Source: Pocillopora damicornis (taxonomy: Eukaryota). Taken from it: a stretch of DNA of 64,000 nucleotides. Position 1 is the first letter of the stretch, and every line of letters begins with the position of its first letter. The notes under the pieces were generated by a model. That model saw only the letters and a list, made by a program, of their open reading frames with translations. It did not search any database and was not told the origin of the DNA. Below, piece by piece: positions 36,601 to 49,572 of the stretch. A program made the translations under genes and the position numbers. The DNA is taken from assembly GCF_003704095.1 (NCBI RefSeq), contig NW_020844871.1:1-64000 (forward strand). Direction: 5' to 3'.

Positions 36601-39600
36601 AATTTGCAGTTTCCTGAATTGAAAACTGGGATGAGTTCTAATGTACTTGGAAGGCTTAAAAACTAACAAACAAACAAACAAACACAAATTGTTGACAACC
36701 TTAATCAAACAATTTACCCCTTAACTCCCACCAGTGACCAAGACAGAATTTCTCCTTACAATATCATTACAATATCAAACAGACAAGTGAGGAGAATAAA
36801 GAAAAATATTGGTGAGGGGACTATTAAAAATTGATTCAATACCAAATTCTCCAAACAAACATCACAAGAACTGTAAGGCAGATAGTAAGGAGAATTACTA
36901 ATGAGATCTTGGGAGTTAAAGGGTGAATTAATGGTGCCTAAAATTTATTTTGCCAGTAGTTTTGTTTATTATTATTTAGGAATGATCTATGGAGAATTTA
37001 AAGTTTGTACCTATGATGCCAGCTACTATTGTTTTGAATGTCATGAAAATGAAGAACATGTTATACCTGCAAGGGTGATTCACAACTGGGATCTGCGTAA
37101 ACACCAAGTCGCTAAAAAGTGCAAGATGTTCCTGATGCAGATAGAGGAAGAACCTTTGTTTAATATTGATGAAACAAATCCTACGTTGTACAATGTAATC
37201 AAGGAGTTACTTGAAGTTAAGGTTGGTCTTGAAAATGGCAGTGATAAAATTCTCAATTATTTCTCAACATGTCAAGATACTTTTAATTAATTTTTTTCAG
37301 CACAAAAGTTTACCATGATTATAATAACAACATTGCAATCTTTTAAAAACAACTTCTGAGATAGATATTAGTATTATGAGCCTGTAATGATAAGATTGTC
37401 CCTGTTTCTATCATGCAAGTGCTGAGTCTGTATACCAAGATTATTAATTCTGCAAAGTGTCAAAAAAATATACACACACAGTTCAGCACATTCTCAATAT
37501 TTTGTCAAGGGGGGTTTTTTCTGTAGAAACTGTGGTGCTGTGTCGGGGGGAGAGTATAAAAGGTAATTTAGTGTTAACAACTGAGTTGAAAGGGTAAATT
37601 CAGGTTACTGTAAAGAGTTTAAAGGCTCAATCAATGGCTCTGACAAAGGGCTAACACTCAGATCTTAAACAAGACTTGGTTTCTTGGGCTGTGTGATCTC
37701 CTCGTAACTAAACAACCATACCCTCAGATCTTTTGGCCTTTGTAAATTTATTTAATTTTAATATCAATTGCTGAAGACACTTTAATTTGGAAAACCAAAG
37801 GCACTATTAGACTGATCTTCTGAGTCATGTTTCATTCACAGGTATTGAGATCACAGCTACAGCACTTAAAAGGCTTCCTTTTTACTTGTAAAGATCCAAT
37901 AGCAGAGGATGTGAGGAGAAGGATTTGGCCTCGGGAATATCTTTGGGATGATATCCATCAGTATTCCTTACTGGTCAGTGTCAACCTTAAAATTTGATTT
38001 TACATTGGAACCCCACTGTAAGAGCCACGTTGGGGACAAAGGAAAGTGGACTTGGTTAAAGGGGTTGCAGTTTTTTTTCTTGTGGAGGGGGGGAGGGGTG
38101 TAAAATTCTATGTGTGTTTTGGGAGGGGCAGGCTTTATCTATCTCACAAATATTTTATCACTCTCAAGAAATATACTGGTATATATGTTATTTGTGAAAT
38201 GAAATGTCTTTAGGAAAATTGTCAGAAAGACAAATTAAAGCAAGCAAGGTATATTGGGTCTATCAGACTGGTGTACAGTCACTTTGAGTGTTTCAGACGT
38301 TTATTTTCTCTTTTGTGAAATAAAGTTGTCAAGATTTGTCTGCTAGGTTGCAGTGTGGCACTTTTCTAAACCATTTGTTGGTTGGTGATTGCCAAGCTGT
38401 TTCCAACCCTTTAACTCCATGAGTGACCAACAGAGAATTTCTCCTTACTATATCAATACAATATCAAGCAGACAAGTGATGACAGTAGAGAAAAACATCA
38501 ATTAGGGGATTAGTAATTGATCCAATACTTAATTCTCTGAACTGAATTACAAGAATTTTATGACAGACAGTAAGGAGAATTACTATTAATGATAATTATT
38601 GTCAAATGAGATCTTGAGATTGAAAGGGTCAAGAGGTTGTTATTAATAGCAGTGACATTGCACTTAATCTGCAGTTCTGGAGAGGTGTTGTTCAAGAGAT
38701 GCATCTCTTAAAGTAATGGCAGTTTCAGTAATGTTAATTTTGCGATACATAGTGTTTGCTTACAAAGTTTTTGGTTCTACAAAGTTTACTTTTTTTTTAA
38801 ATTTGTATTTAAGGATTTGATTCAAGTGCAATCTGGGCAGCTGGCTCATCATCTTAAAAAGGTCATTGCCCACTGTACAAAGCATGTGTACAAGTGTAAG
38901 GTGAGAAATTCTGACTGTAGTGACTGAAATAGATCAGTGCTCGGAAACTACTTCTTCCCATATAATGTACTTCACCCTTTAATCCTTAGGAGTGATCAGC
39001 ATTTAAATTCTCCTTATAAGATCAGCCCTGAGTCAAACATTAAGGTCACAAGAATAAAGGAAATGATCACAAACTATTAAGAGGTTCTTGATTGTTGAAC
39101 AAATTCTCCTTGTCAGCACCTTACGATTTGTGTAGAGAACAGTAGGGAGAATATGCATACTGATATAGGCTGTAGAGAGTTAATAGACTGAGTGGGAGGA
39201 CTGCATTGGAAAATAATTGGCTTGAGCTACTGACATACAGACCTGCTGCACTTGAAGCATGCATTGTGACCAAGAGCCATTTATTTTCCTGTCTCACCTG
39301 ATGACCTAACTAAGTAAATGAGCAGGTCATTCCTCTTTCTGCCATTAATGCAGAGGTACATTAAATTGTTAAAGAGTCTGGCATTTTTCCTTTCAGCTCT
39401 GTTGCCAAAAAGGATTTTTCTGTGAAATATGCAATGACCCAAAAATCATCTATCCATTTGAAGTGAAAACCACAACTCAGGTAATATTAATCATTACTTT
39501 ACTACCAATTCACCCAGTAACAGTTTGTACCCACTGTTATACAGATGATAATGCATATAAGCAGCCTGACATCCCTTTTCATGCTGTGAAAAGGTTTTGT

Positions 39601-40925
39601 TTATTGCTATTATGAAATATGAAAGTACAAATATTAACATTTGTCTTAAACTGAGATCACTTCAAAACGGACTGCAATGTTTCTACTAATAGTAATTGCA
39701 TAACGCACAATGTTTGCATAATGCTTGTATTCTTCAAGAGTTGGGGTTAAATGTTATGTTTCAACTTAAACATCATCAGAAATGGCAGTGGTTTGTTAGG
39801 TCTCATAAGCTGACATATTACAACTGGCTATCTGCTCTAAGGTTATATGCATAACCAGTTGTTTACACACCTCATAACCTGGAGAAGACTAGCAGTATAC
39901 AGTTGGAAAGTAGCCTGTTCTAAGCATGCAGTTTGTGAAATGGAGTAATCCAGTAGCTATGTGATAAGAGTGGCAGCGTGAAAAGCAAGAGAGGCTTGTG
40001 TCATGTCACTTACAAAACATCATGTGACTTGACTCAACACTTCCTCGTTTTCCACTCATACAAAAGGAAGTTTATTTTTTTAATGAAAAAATTGACAGTG
40101 GTTAAGTATAGTCTGTACTCTTATCAACAACAATATTGGTCATCACAGTGGTTAAAATGTTGTGGACTCATGAGACGCATCCAAGTGAGTCTACTATCTA
40201 TATTACACTGTTGTTGATAAGAGTACAGACCACACTAATCCACTGTCAATTTGTTAATTAGACTTCTTACTGTATGAGTTGATTGTATGATGTCAATTTG
40301 TTTTTTTACCACAATATCAATGCCAAATTTTCCAAGTCATCCATTTTTGAGAGTTGATAAAGGCATGGCATTATGTTGATGCAACAGTGTTACTTGTACT
40401 CTCATCAACAAAATAATGAATGCAAACTGGGCCATCTGATTGCGATATTCCTGCCAAATGTGGTAAAAAAAGAAATTCACTCACAAAGAAATTCATAAGA
40501 GAAATATTCTGTCCCACAATGTTTCTTCATGATGCACCACAAAAACTTCTAAGGTGCTCAAAACATTAGAAAGAAGGTTTGCTGGGTTTTCACTCGGACA
40601 TATAAAAGTATGTATAGCTGAAGAGAAAAAGCTAAGGCCATTGAAATTTAGTGGGAGAATTCTGCTTTTTCAAGCTGCTTTGTGGTTTTAACTTGATTGA
40701 GAAACCATCATAGCACTCAGAATTTAAGGCATACATTAATTAAATCCTGATTAAACTAAGCTGACCTTTTTTGCTCTTAAAAAATTGCAGTGTGGAAAAT
40801 GCAAGGCTCTGTACCACAAGGCTTGTATTGCTGAGAACAAATGTCCAAAGTGTATACGGATAAGAAAAATACAATCTGCAAGAACAAAAACTGCAGCTGT
40901 TCTGGAGTTTGATTCACCATGGTAG
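30650..40925 (+). CDS. PLEKHM1: PLEKHM1-like protein (RUN domain + Rubicon-homology zinc domain), multi-exon, some exons probably in gaps
   Basis: RUN exons: IKRRLIGELSLAVKE|LQRKH, SFWSLLTSFTHKDVLNELEHLSHIHTPVGRCR|AWIRLALNDSLMESYL. RH domain: EQGLDNQNYQCKGCGRNIG|...YYCFECH...IPARVIHNWD...HVYKCK|LCCQKGFFCEIC...|CGKCKALYHKAC...CPKC. Stop TAG at 40923-40925. The start (MFSGWKK, 30650) is inferred. Confidence 0.88.
35830..35965 (+). mobile_element. Decayed SINE copy, same family as 53859-53962
   Basis: gagcccaggc...tgttgtgtg...aacaagacaatccactctcatagt...cccaggagta resembles the body of the SINE at 53.9 kb. Confidence 0.4.
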
Positions 40926-41089
40926 TGGCAAACAAGCAAGGCTTTCACTAACTTTTTCCATAAGCAACAGGTGATGGTGTAATAGAAAGCTGTGCCTGGA
41001 GAAGGGGTGGTACATGAAAACCCAAATGCCAGGGCCTGCTTGCAGCCAAATTTGATGGCAGTAAGAGGTCTCATAGGCAGTGGTAGACC

Positions 41090-41562
41090 ATTAAGCTGAG
41101 TTGTTCAAAGCTGGGTTACGATAACTTAGGATTAATGCAAAATTTGATGTCAGGGAACAGTTTTTTCTAACACAGATTAGTGCTGACCCAGGGTTAAATT
41201 TTAGTACAGGTTTCTATATTTCTCTATTCAAAAGCATTTTTGGATTAATTTTCTCCATCCAATTTCAAATTGTAGGAAAAAGGATTGATTTGGATTTTTG
41301 TTTAAAGCTCTCAGATCTGAAATCAAATTTCACACTTACCCTGAGTTCTCTTAAACCAGCTTTGAACAACCAAGCTCAGATCTGAAAGCTTTCAAATAAA
41401 ATCCAGCATAATTCTTTCTGTCTACAATATTGTGATTGGATGCTTGAAAGAGGATACAGAAAATTATTCCAAGTAGGCTTTTTTATAAATAAATCAAAGA
41501 AACCCAGATTAAAATTTAACGTTGGGTTAGCGCTAATCAGCTGTCAAACAACTGGGCCCTGG
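41090..41562. repeat. Inverted-repeat element(s) in the PLEKHM1/MRPL47 3' region
   Basis: ctgagttgttcaaagctgggtta pairs with taaaccagctttgaacaaccaagctcag, and the region ends aacaactgggccctg. Confidence 0.5.
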
Positions 41563-42691
41563 TAACCAGCTTAGACTGTACCTCCTGCATATGTAATTTA
41601 AAAATAACAAAAAAACATGAAAAATCTTTAGACACATTTTAACAATTTAATTTATTACATTGTACATTACTGTTACAGTAATAACACTGTATCTACATTG
41701 TATTTCATGATATTTTTCAATGTTAACCCTTTCACTCCCACAAGTGATCAAGACAGAATTTCTCCTTACAATATCAATACAATATCAAGCAGGCAGGTGA
41801 TGAGAATAGAGAAGAATATCAATCATGGGATTATTAGTTGATCCAATACCAAATTCTCTGAACTATCATTATAAGAATTGTATGGCAGATAGTAAGGAGA
41901 ATTACTAATTAGATCTTGGGAGTGAAAGGGTAAAAAAATAGCTGTATCAAACTTTGTAAAATTAACTCTAAGATAAAAGAATCCAGACGCATAATATTGT
42001 AAGTCGTGATGGAAAAAAAGTATTGTCTTTAAATGGTACTTTTCTAGCTTTGCCCAGTCTGTGTTAATTTTGTAAATTAAATAAGAAAAAAGTTGAAATT
42101 TTGTAGTTGCAAAATTTTATAATGTATTCATCTCAATTGCAATAAACATGGTATCTTTTTTAGCTCTGACTTGCTGCATTTATACTCAGGACCCAAAATT
42201 TAGAATAAATTCCTTAATTGTCTTTTGGTGTCTAGATGGCAACTATGATTGCTAGTGGTAAATTTCTAGTCACCAATTTAAAAGCTGAGTCCATATCTAC
42301 CATAAGAATGGCATTTAATTAATTAAATGAATTAAGTACTTGAAATTCTGTGCCCTATTGAAAAGGAGGAACAGAAATCACATACTTAGAATGTGTGTCT
42401 AAGGATGGAGGTAAGATGGCAACAGGCTTTGCTAATGCCAGTTCCCTCATTTTTCTCAAGGCAGAAGTAAAACAGACAACATGAAGTGCTTTTGTACTTG
42501 GTTTGTTTGTCTTTGAATTTAAAACAATACAAACACCTAATTTAGTGTTAGCAACTGAGTTTAAAATGTAAATTGGCCACCACAAAGAGTTTAAAAAAAA
42601 AAAACTAAAAGAAAAACGCTTTACAGTGGCTATTTTACATTTTCAACTCAGTAGTTAACACTAAATTACCTACTATACTCTCCCTCTGACA

Positions 42692-42726
<35 letters not shown>

Positions 42727-42876
42727 ATTCAATACAAACACCTAGTCAGCAGGTGACTAGGTCAGAACTTTTGGTCACCAGCGGGAATACTAAGGCGTCA
42801 TTGGTGCCCATACCTGTCACAATCTGGAGCCCTAGTTCTTCTTTCTGAGTTTGTTGTGGAAAAGCACAGGTCATTT

Positions 42877-44866
42877 TCATTGTGCAACTTTAATTCCCTG
42901 TTTTAAAATTCTAACCAAATCACGGTAATCTTTCTTCTTGTCAGAAAACTCTGCCTTTGCTTCTTCCATGGCTGTAGGTGGTTTGTCTTCTGGAATTGCA
43001 TCAAATGGCCAAACTTCATTTTCTAAGCTTTTCACTGCTTTTTCCTTAAAAGGAAAACAAAACATAGTTATAAACAACAAAAGAAAAAGTTCACTGTACA
43101 GACTTTTTGTATGGAAGCAAAAAACTGCATGTAACTAATTCCTTACCCTCTCAGAAAGCACCTGTTTTATTGCAGCCATTGACTTCTGGACCTGAATACA
43201 AAAAAAGTAATGGTGACTGACTTAGCATAGCTGCACTGTTTAAATAATGATAATTTCTTTTTCAAATTTTAGTGTGAATCACTCAGCCGCCTTACTCCCC
43301 AGATCTCACTAGTAATTCTCCTTACTGTCTCTGAGTCAGTCACTGTGCATGTTTTGGTTGGAATTATTCCTTACTATTGTAAACTTTTTTCAAAACAGTT
43401 TCATTTTCATTTTCTCTTTGATGTGTACTTATTGTTCATAATTTGATCCACAATACACAAGTTCTTCATCTTTTACCTTATGGGTTCTTGTAGGAGATGG
43501 CATTGGAAAACTCTGTCTTTTTGCTTCATGCTTCAAAGTCATAAGCATGTTCCTCTCCTTCAGAAGAACATACCTGTAGGACAACATGTATTAATTCAGT
43601 ATTTGAGTTTGATCAGTACTGGATTATTTTTTCTCGACAGAAACTCTTACCACAATTTATGAAGGTCTTCATTACTTTTCCCTCTCAGTTCTCCAGCATG
43701 CCATTTTCTACCTTAAAAAGACCATATTGATGACTTATTAATAGAGAGTCAATACATTTAAAATAAAATTCTGCTATCCTGAACACACTGTGTGAAATCA
43801 CATGAGGTAATGTGCTGTTGATGTCTTTCAATTAATTATTCAACTGATCAGTCTGACAGTGAGTCATTCACAACCAGTCAATGATGATCATTTGGTTGGT
43901 CAATGGGTTTGTCACTGACCAACAATTAGTCAGTTAATAAGTTAACAAGTCAGCCAGTTAGATAGTTGCTCAGCAAGTTAGCTTGTCAGTCAGTGAGGCA
44001 GAGAGTCAGTAGGTCCATCAGTCTGTAAGTCAGTCAATAAGTCAGTAAGTAAATCAGTCTGGCAGTTGGTTGGAAGGACACTCATTCAGCCACTCAGGGA
44101 GTCAGTTTGGCAGTTATTCCGTCAGTCAGTTGTTTGGTCAGTCAATCAGTTGTTCAGTAAATGAGTCAGTTGCCTTTGTACATGGTTGTTATGAGTTGGT
44201 CAGATCATTGGATCAATGCATCAATAATTCAGTCATTCAGTAATCAAGCAATCAGTAGCTTCCAAATATTTGAATATTCTGTTGTATATGCCACAAAAAA
44301 CGAGCCCAAAGAATATAACTCATGAAGGTAATAAGGAAGTAGATATCAGGGAGTGATCAAAGAGAAAAGGTCTTCAAACCTGACTAGCTAGTGATAAATA
44401 GTGATGCTTTGAATTATATTCCGAAGAATTTCCAAGGTTTAGACCAACTAAATAATACAAGTCCACTAAGGGTTATCTTTTTAGCAGTCACCGGATCAGA
44501 CTAAACTATGAGAATTGCATAATACCTCAATTCTGATTAAATGCGATGAAACTAAATGGCCTCGAATGCAATCTATAAATTTTCTACAATTTCACCTGTA
44601 TGAACTTTCTCTTTAGCTAATTCTCCTTTTTTAAACACTTCAGGTGGAAAAAACTCTTCCAAACCAAAGGCACACGGACTTGTTCGTAAACCGCGAAGAC
44701 AAGATCTGCCACGACAAAAGTGAAAATAAATTAGTTATTTGGCGTTATTTAGTTTAAGAGCAAACCTCTCTGTACCACGGAAGCTGTACTGATACCTGAT
44801 CTGCAGTTCTTCCACAATAAGAGGTCGAAATGCGCAACATCGAAGGTTGTGCAAGACGGCCGCCAT
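42877..44866 (-). CDS. MRPL47: Mitochondrial ribosomal protein L47 (uL29m), 6 exons
   Basis: [10 protein letters not shown]...|[19 protein letters not shown]...HTG|[20 protein letters not shown]|[12 protein letters not shown]...P|[15 protein letters not shown]|EKAVKSLE..., which includes the family signature [15 protein letters not shown]. Confidence 0.93.
43850..44260. repeat. Degenerate (agtc)n / (agtt)n simple repeat in an MRPL47 intron
   Basis: Recurrent cagt/agtc/agtt tetramers. Confidence 0.6.
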
Positions 44867-46059
44867 ATTGCTTTTCCGCGCTTACATAATATGCGCAAAA
44901 GATAATACTGCTGGTGTATTGCAGGCACTTCCGTGAGACGGAAGACCGAATCGCGCCTTCTCGCGTGGGCGCGTGAATAGTGAACAAAATAATTACATAA
45001 TCGCGGAAAATTGTTTTTAATTTTTTCAAGCATCGACTAAATTTTTTGTTCAAATGCTAGTCACACAAAAACAGATGCTTTTTTTTTTTTTGTTTTTACT
45101 CTTTTTTATGCAATAGTTGATGATAGGTATGGGAGTCTATCTCTCGGTTTACAAAATACAAATCTTCGGCGAATTTCCAGTCCTTAATTAGTGGAAAGTT
45201 ACGACAAAAATCTGTTTTCGTCTAATTAGTGTACAGAGCGAGCCGAGAAAGAGGATGAAAACAAACTCTGAGATGACAAAACCCGACACACCATTGTAGA
45301 TTAGCATAGAAATCTAATTAACTTGTTCATCTTTTCAGAGCAGTTGTTTATTTTTCCTAAGCCTGTTTACTTCACATCGAGGTGTTTTCATCAAAGCTGA
45401 AAAATCTCAATTTTCCTTTGGCCTCCTCCAATTCTCTGGCGAGTGATAATAATTTAAGAAAGAATTTCTGTCGGTTAGTCTCTCAGGAGACCTTATTAAA
45501 TGCGTTAAAGATTCGTTGACGTAATTGCTTCGAGACAAATAACTTCCTCAGCGCTTTGTAAGGCTTTCAAAGAACTAGGAAATCCACTGTGTTTAGCGGA
45601 TTAGAAGTTGGTAACCGCATGCATTATTTAGTAAGAATTTTGACGTCGAATGGATTGTCATGACACTGCCAAAAACTTCAATAGTCTCGCCAATATATTC
45701 GGGCCAATTAGATTTTTCCCGAACGCTGTTTTGTAAAAGCTCTGCTTGCAGATGACTAATGGACAGAACTGGTATATAATCACCTCTTAATCTACTATAA
45801 AAGGAAATATTTTTCAAACGCATATTACTCCTCTGTTACGTAGATTAAGCGCTACTTCAGCTTTTATAACAGATCCACATCCTGTCAAAGACTTAAGAGC
45901 TTTAAAAGCATTGAGCCAAATGCCAAAAAAGTGAAAGTTACTTCTGAAGAAATGTTTACACAAGATGAAAGCTTGGCTGGTATAGAACTGTCATATGTGC
46001 GCTAAAAAGCTGCAGAGACAATGAGACTTTGAAGTTTTACAAGACAAAGCTTGGTGTGA

Positions 46060-46968
46060 ATGCAGGAGACATTCGAACATATTTCACGCTCGTTACAAAC
46101 CGCCATGGAAGGGAAAAAAGATTCCGAATTCACGAAAAAGGTGCGGTTCGACCTAAACGAGGAGGTTTTTCTTATTCCAAGTAAATGGGACCGACTGAGC
46201 AAATGTAAAACTGCCAGTGCGAAAAACACCGATGGAGCGGCGAACAAACAGAGCTCCAGAAATCGTGCTGCTGCGGAACGCCGGTGCGAAGCGACTCGTG
46301 GTAAACAAAACAAAACTAAAGACAGAACGACAAAGGGTGTCTCAAATCGCGAGTCAAACGGAATACTTTCAGAAAACGGCAGATTAGGTGCTACACTCAA
46401 TGGTATAACCAACAGCGGAAGAAAAACTGCGCGACATAGAGAAGGAAGAGAAAATTCTCACGTTACGAATTCGACGCCTCCGGTTGAAGGGAGATTAAAA
46501 CTATATCATCGCCCTTCCCAAGAACTGCAGAACCTTAGCCTCGTTTTACCTAAAATTCCATATACGCCAGATCTTAAAAAGGCGATCGAAAAAGCGCTGC
46601 AAAGATCTCGCCGTAAACCAACTTTGGACAATGGTCTTCACAGTGCTGCAACGGACACACGAGAAAATAGGGCTTTGGAAATTTTCGACTCCTTTTCGAA
46701 GGAAAATGATAAAGTAATGCCTCAAAGGAGGCTTTCGGATAGTTCTATTAGGACAGGAGATAAAAAACCGACCGGAAATAAACAAACCCCGGACAAGGAA
46801 AGTGATTCTAAATTTAGCGAACTTTCCACAGATTTTAATGGCTCGACTCCATTCTCCGCATGGAGTCCAAAAGAAAGCACGTATACCTCACGATCAAACA
46901 CTACACCATCTGTTCTAACAAGAGGGCGCTCCATGCCGTCGATAATACCAAGCAGCATATTATATTGA
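46060..46968 (+). CDS. Uncharacterised 302-aa, probably disordered protein with an RVxF-type motif
   Basis: Long uninterrupted ATG ORF, S/K/R/T-rich, with KKVRFDLNEEVFLIP near the N-terminus. Confidence 0.65.
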   Translation: MQETFEHISRSLQTAMEGKKDSEFTKKVRFDLNEEVFLIPSKWDRLSKCKTASAKNTDGAANKQSSRNRAAAERRCEATRGKQNKTKDRTTKGVSNRESNGILSENGRLGATLNGITNSGRKTARHREGRENSHVTNSTPPVEGRLKLYHRPSQELQNLSLVLPKIPYTPDLKKAIEKALQRSRRKPTLDNGLHSAATDTRENRALEIFDSFSKENDKVMPQRRLSDSSIRTGDKKPTGNKQTPDKESDSKFSELSTDFNGSTPFSAWSPKESTYTSRSNTTPSVLTRGRSMPSIIPSSILY

Positions 46969-49572
46969 TACATCAGTAATGTTCTCCAATTTGATCGACC
47001 GACTCTTGCAGTGGCTGAACAAGTTACTTTACTAATACCTCAATCACACCAGCAAAACATGTTTAGTTAGTTAAACTGCGTTTAGTCGAGGGAAAATTAG
47101 AAACAGAAATGAAAACTGAATTTCCCATTAGTTCTAAGTACTCAAGAACTTGTTTTTCAAGCGCTAAATTTTAACAAGATAGACATCGGTTAAAGCAGCT
47201 TAATTCTTTGAAGAAAAATAAATTTAACCGCGTCGAACAAAACAGTTTTAAAACATGTTTAAACTTTGGTGTGAATGAGGTATAAGCTGCTGGTTAAAAT
47301 TACATTCCAGGAGTTAGGACTTAACTCTAGAAAAAGATATGGAGTATTTATGNNNNNNNNNNNNNNNNNNNNNNNNNNNNNNNNNNNNNNNNNNNNNNNN
47401 NNNNNNNNNNNNNNNNNNNNNNNNNNNNNNNNNNNNNNNNNNNNNNNNNNNNTGAAAAGTTTGACAGGGTTTCTCTCGCACGCATGACACTCGTAATTCG
47501 TGAGTGTCGCACAAAAGAAGCGCGCATGAAATTTGACCGTGATCGATATTAGTGGATTAGTGTCGAATTAGCGGCTGTTAACGGATCTACATGACGTCAA
47601 ATTTTATTAATTACGAACCCCTGATTCCATGCGTTCATATAAATTATGGACTTAAATTCGGCTTTTCTGCTTAACAGACTTTGTTTAACGTTTGGCAGGC
47701 CTTTCGTTTATTGAAAACCGAACAAACCATGACTTTCAAAAAAGGAAGTAAATCTCCTTACTGTCTGCTATACAATTCTTATGATCTTAGTTCGGAGAAT
47801 TTGGTATCGGATCAACTTATAATCCCCTGATTGAAATAATTCTTGATTCTCATCACCAGCTTGGTGTTGTATTGATATTGACAGGAGAAATTCTATCTTG
47901 GTCACTCTGGGGAGTTGAAAGGTTAACACCAAGGAATCGACATGATCTTCGCATTTCGCAGTCAGATTCTTGAAAGAATACGGAGAACTCGCTCATGAAC
48001 TAAGTTGTATTCGAGGTTCAATCAGTTTTGCGGGATTAGGGATGAAGTTAGCGGAGGAAAACTGTCGGTTTCTTTTGATAAGCGAGAAGGCGTTCCGAGC
48101 TAAGTGTGTTTAATCTGAACTAATTAAGGATGAGGTTCTTAGTTTGTTAAATAAAAGGGTGTTAGCGAATCAAACTCTGAATATTGAATAGATTTCTTTC
48201 TGTTGAAGATTACAAGACGTAGCAACCTGGCGTACCTACACATTGCAGAGACATACAGTATGGCGAGCGGTTCAAACGTTTAGTACAAGTTCTTGTCTTT
48301 TGCCTCGTTCTCGGGCGTCCCAAATTTTCCATTGTCTCCTAATGTGATAATTGCTTGGGCACTAAACGCTAAGCTTTGTTTTTTTCGAAAGAAGCTTTGA
48401 TTAATTGCGTTCAGGTCAGTCATCTGATAATTACAAAGACACCCAAACGTGTGTCTGGTTAAAGTTTCTTGTTTAGCTCTTGAAATTTCAAATGGTGGCC
48501 TCTCTAGCCTGGCGTGGAAACGTTAAATAATGCGTCAAAACAGCTGAAGAGTTCGTAACTATGGAGAAATTTTACATCAACATGCGATACTGAGTGGAAG
48601 AGCAACAAATCTCCATCAATGAGAAGAAGCTTGATTCAAGCCGCACTCCTACATTGGTCAGTTTTGATCGGAGACGATCCATAGGTTTGCTGTTGAATAA
48701 TTATGTACATGTAACTGCTGTACTGCAAAAACAAACTTGTATATCGGAAAGTGTCTACGGAAAGAAACATTATTATTTGACTAAGCTAGCGTGTGTATAA
48801 ACTCTGTCGTGTCTACAAATTTTAATTTGCCTCTTGGGAGCAGTACTGAACGGAAAATAAACGGCGGTATCGACTTCAGCGTGATCTTACAGAACAGTAC
48901 GTGAGAAGATTATGCAATGACAAGTGTTGTATCTTTCACCTCATTTAAAGAGTGTCTTGGAGAGGTAAGGAGTTACGCAAGAAACTCGTTAACAGTAAAT
49001 TAATAGCAATTGTACGAGCGTGAAACTTTGGCAACAATCACGTAACTTAGAGCGGGTTTACCATACTAAAACGTTCCCCTCAATGAAGAAATAACAGACG
49101 ACCTAGCCTGGAGCCAGCATTTGGATATCTGACCAACCTCACAACTCAGGCAGATTACTGGATGGTTGCACAGTTTGTGGGAGTTTACGTCGACGCTGAT
49201 CGAAAATTATAGCCGATCTATTACTGTTAAAGCAATCACGTCCGCTATTCAACTATTTCCAAGGGTGTTATCGAAGTTAGACGGAACCAGTAATCACAGA
49301 TTTAACTGAGCCTCACACATAAAGAAGTTGGCTTCAGTGTAAGTAGTAGCGTTACCATGTACCAACAATTCGTCACCTGTTAACTTTTGTCTGCATACCA
49401 CTATCAAACGGCCAAACTCTATCTTTTGAAGAATTCTTTTACTGCAGCTACGCAAACTACTAAGGAAAAGGGGTCGTTAATTAGTAATCTATAGCAGGCT
49501 AGAGGAGTGAAGAACGGATTGCTCTTTTAGCAAGACAGCTCTTCAAAAATTAAATCTGGTCATTGACAAGAG

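Noticed and set aside
30650-40925. Apparent absence of PH domains in PLEKHM1
   Set aside because: Three assembly gaps (31507-31606, 32770-32869, 34059-34106) could hide exons, so it cannot be judged.
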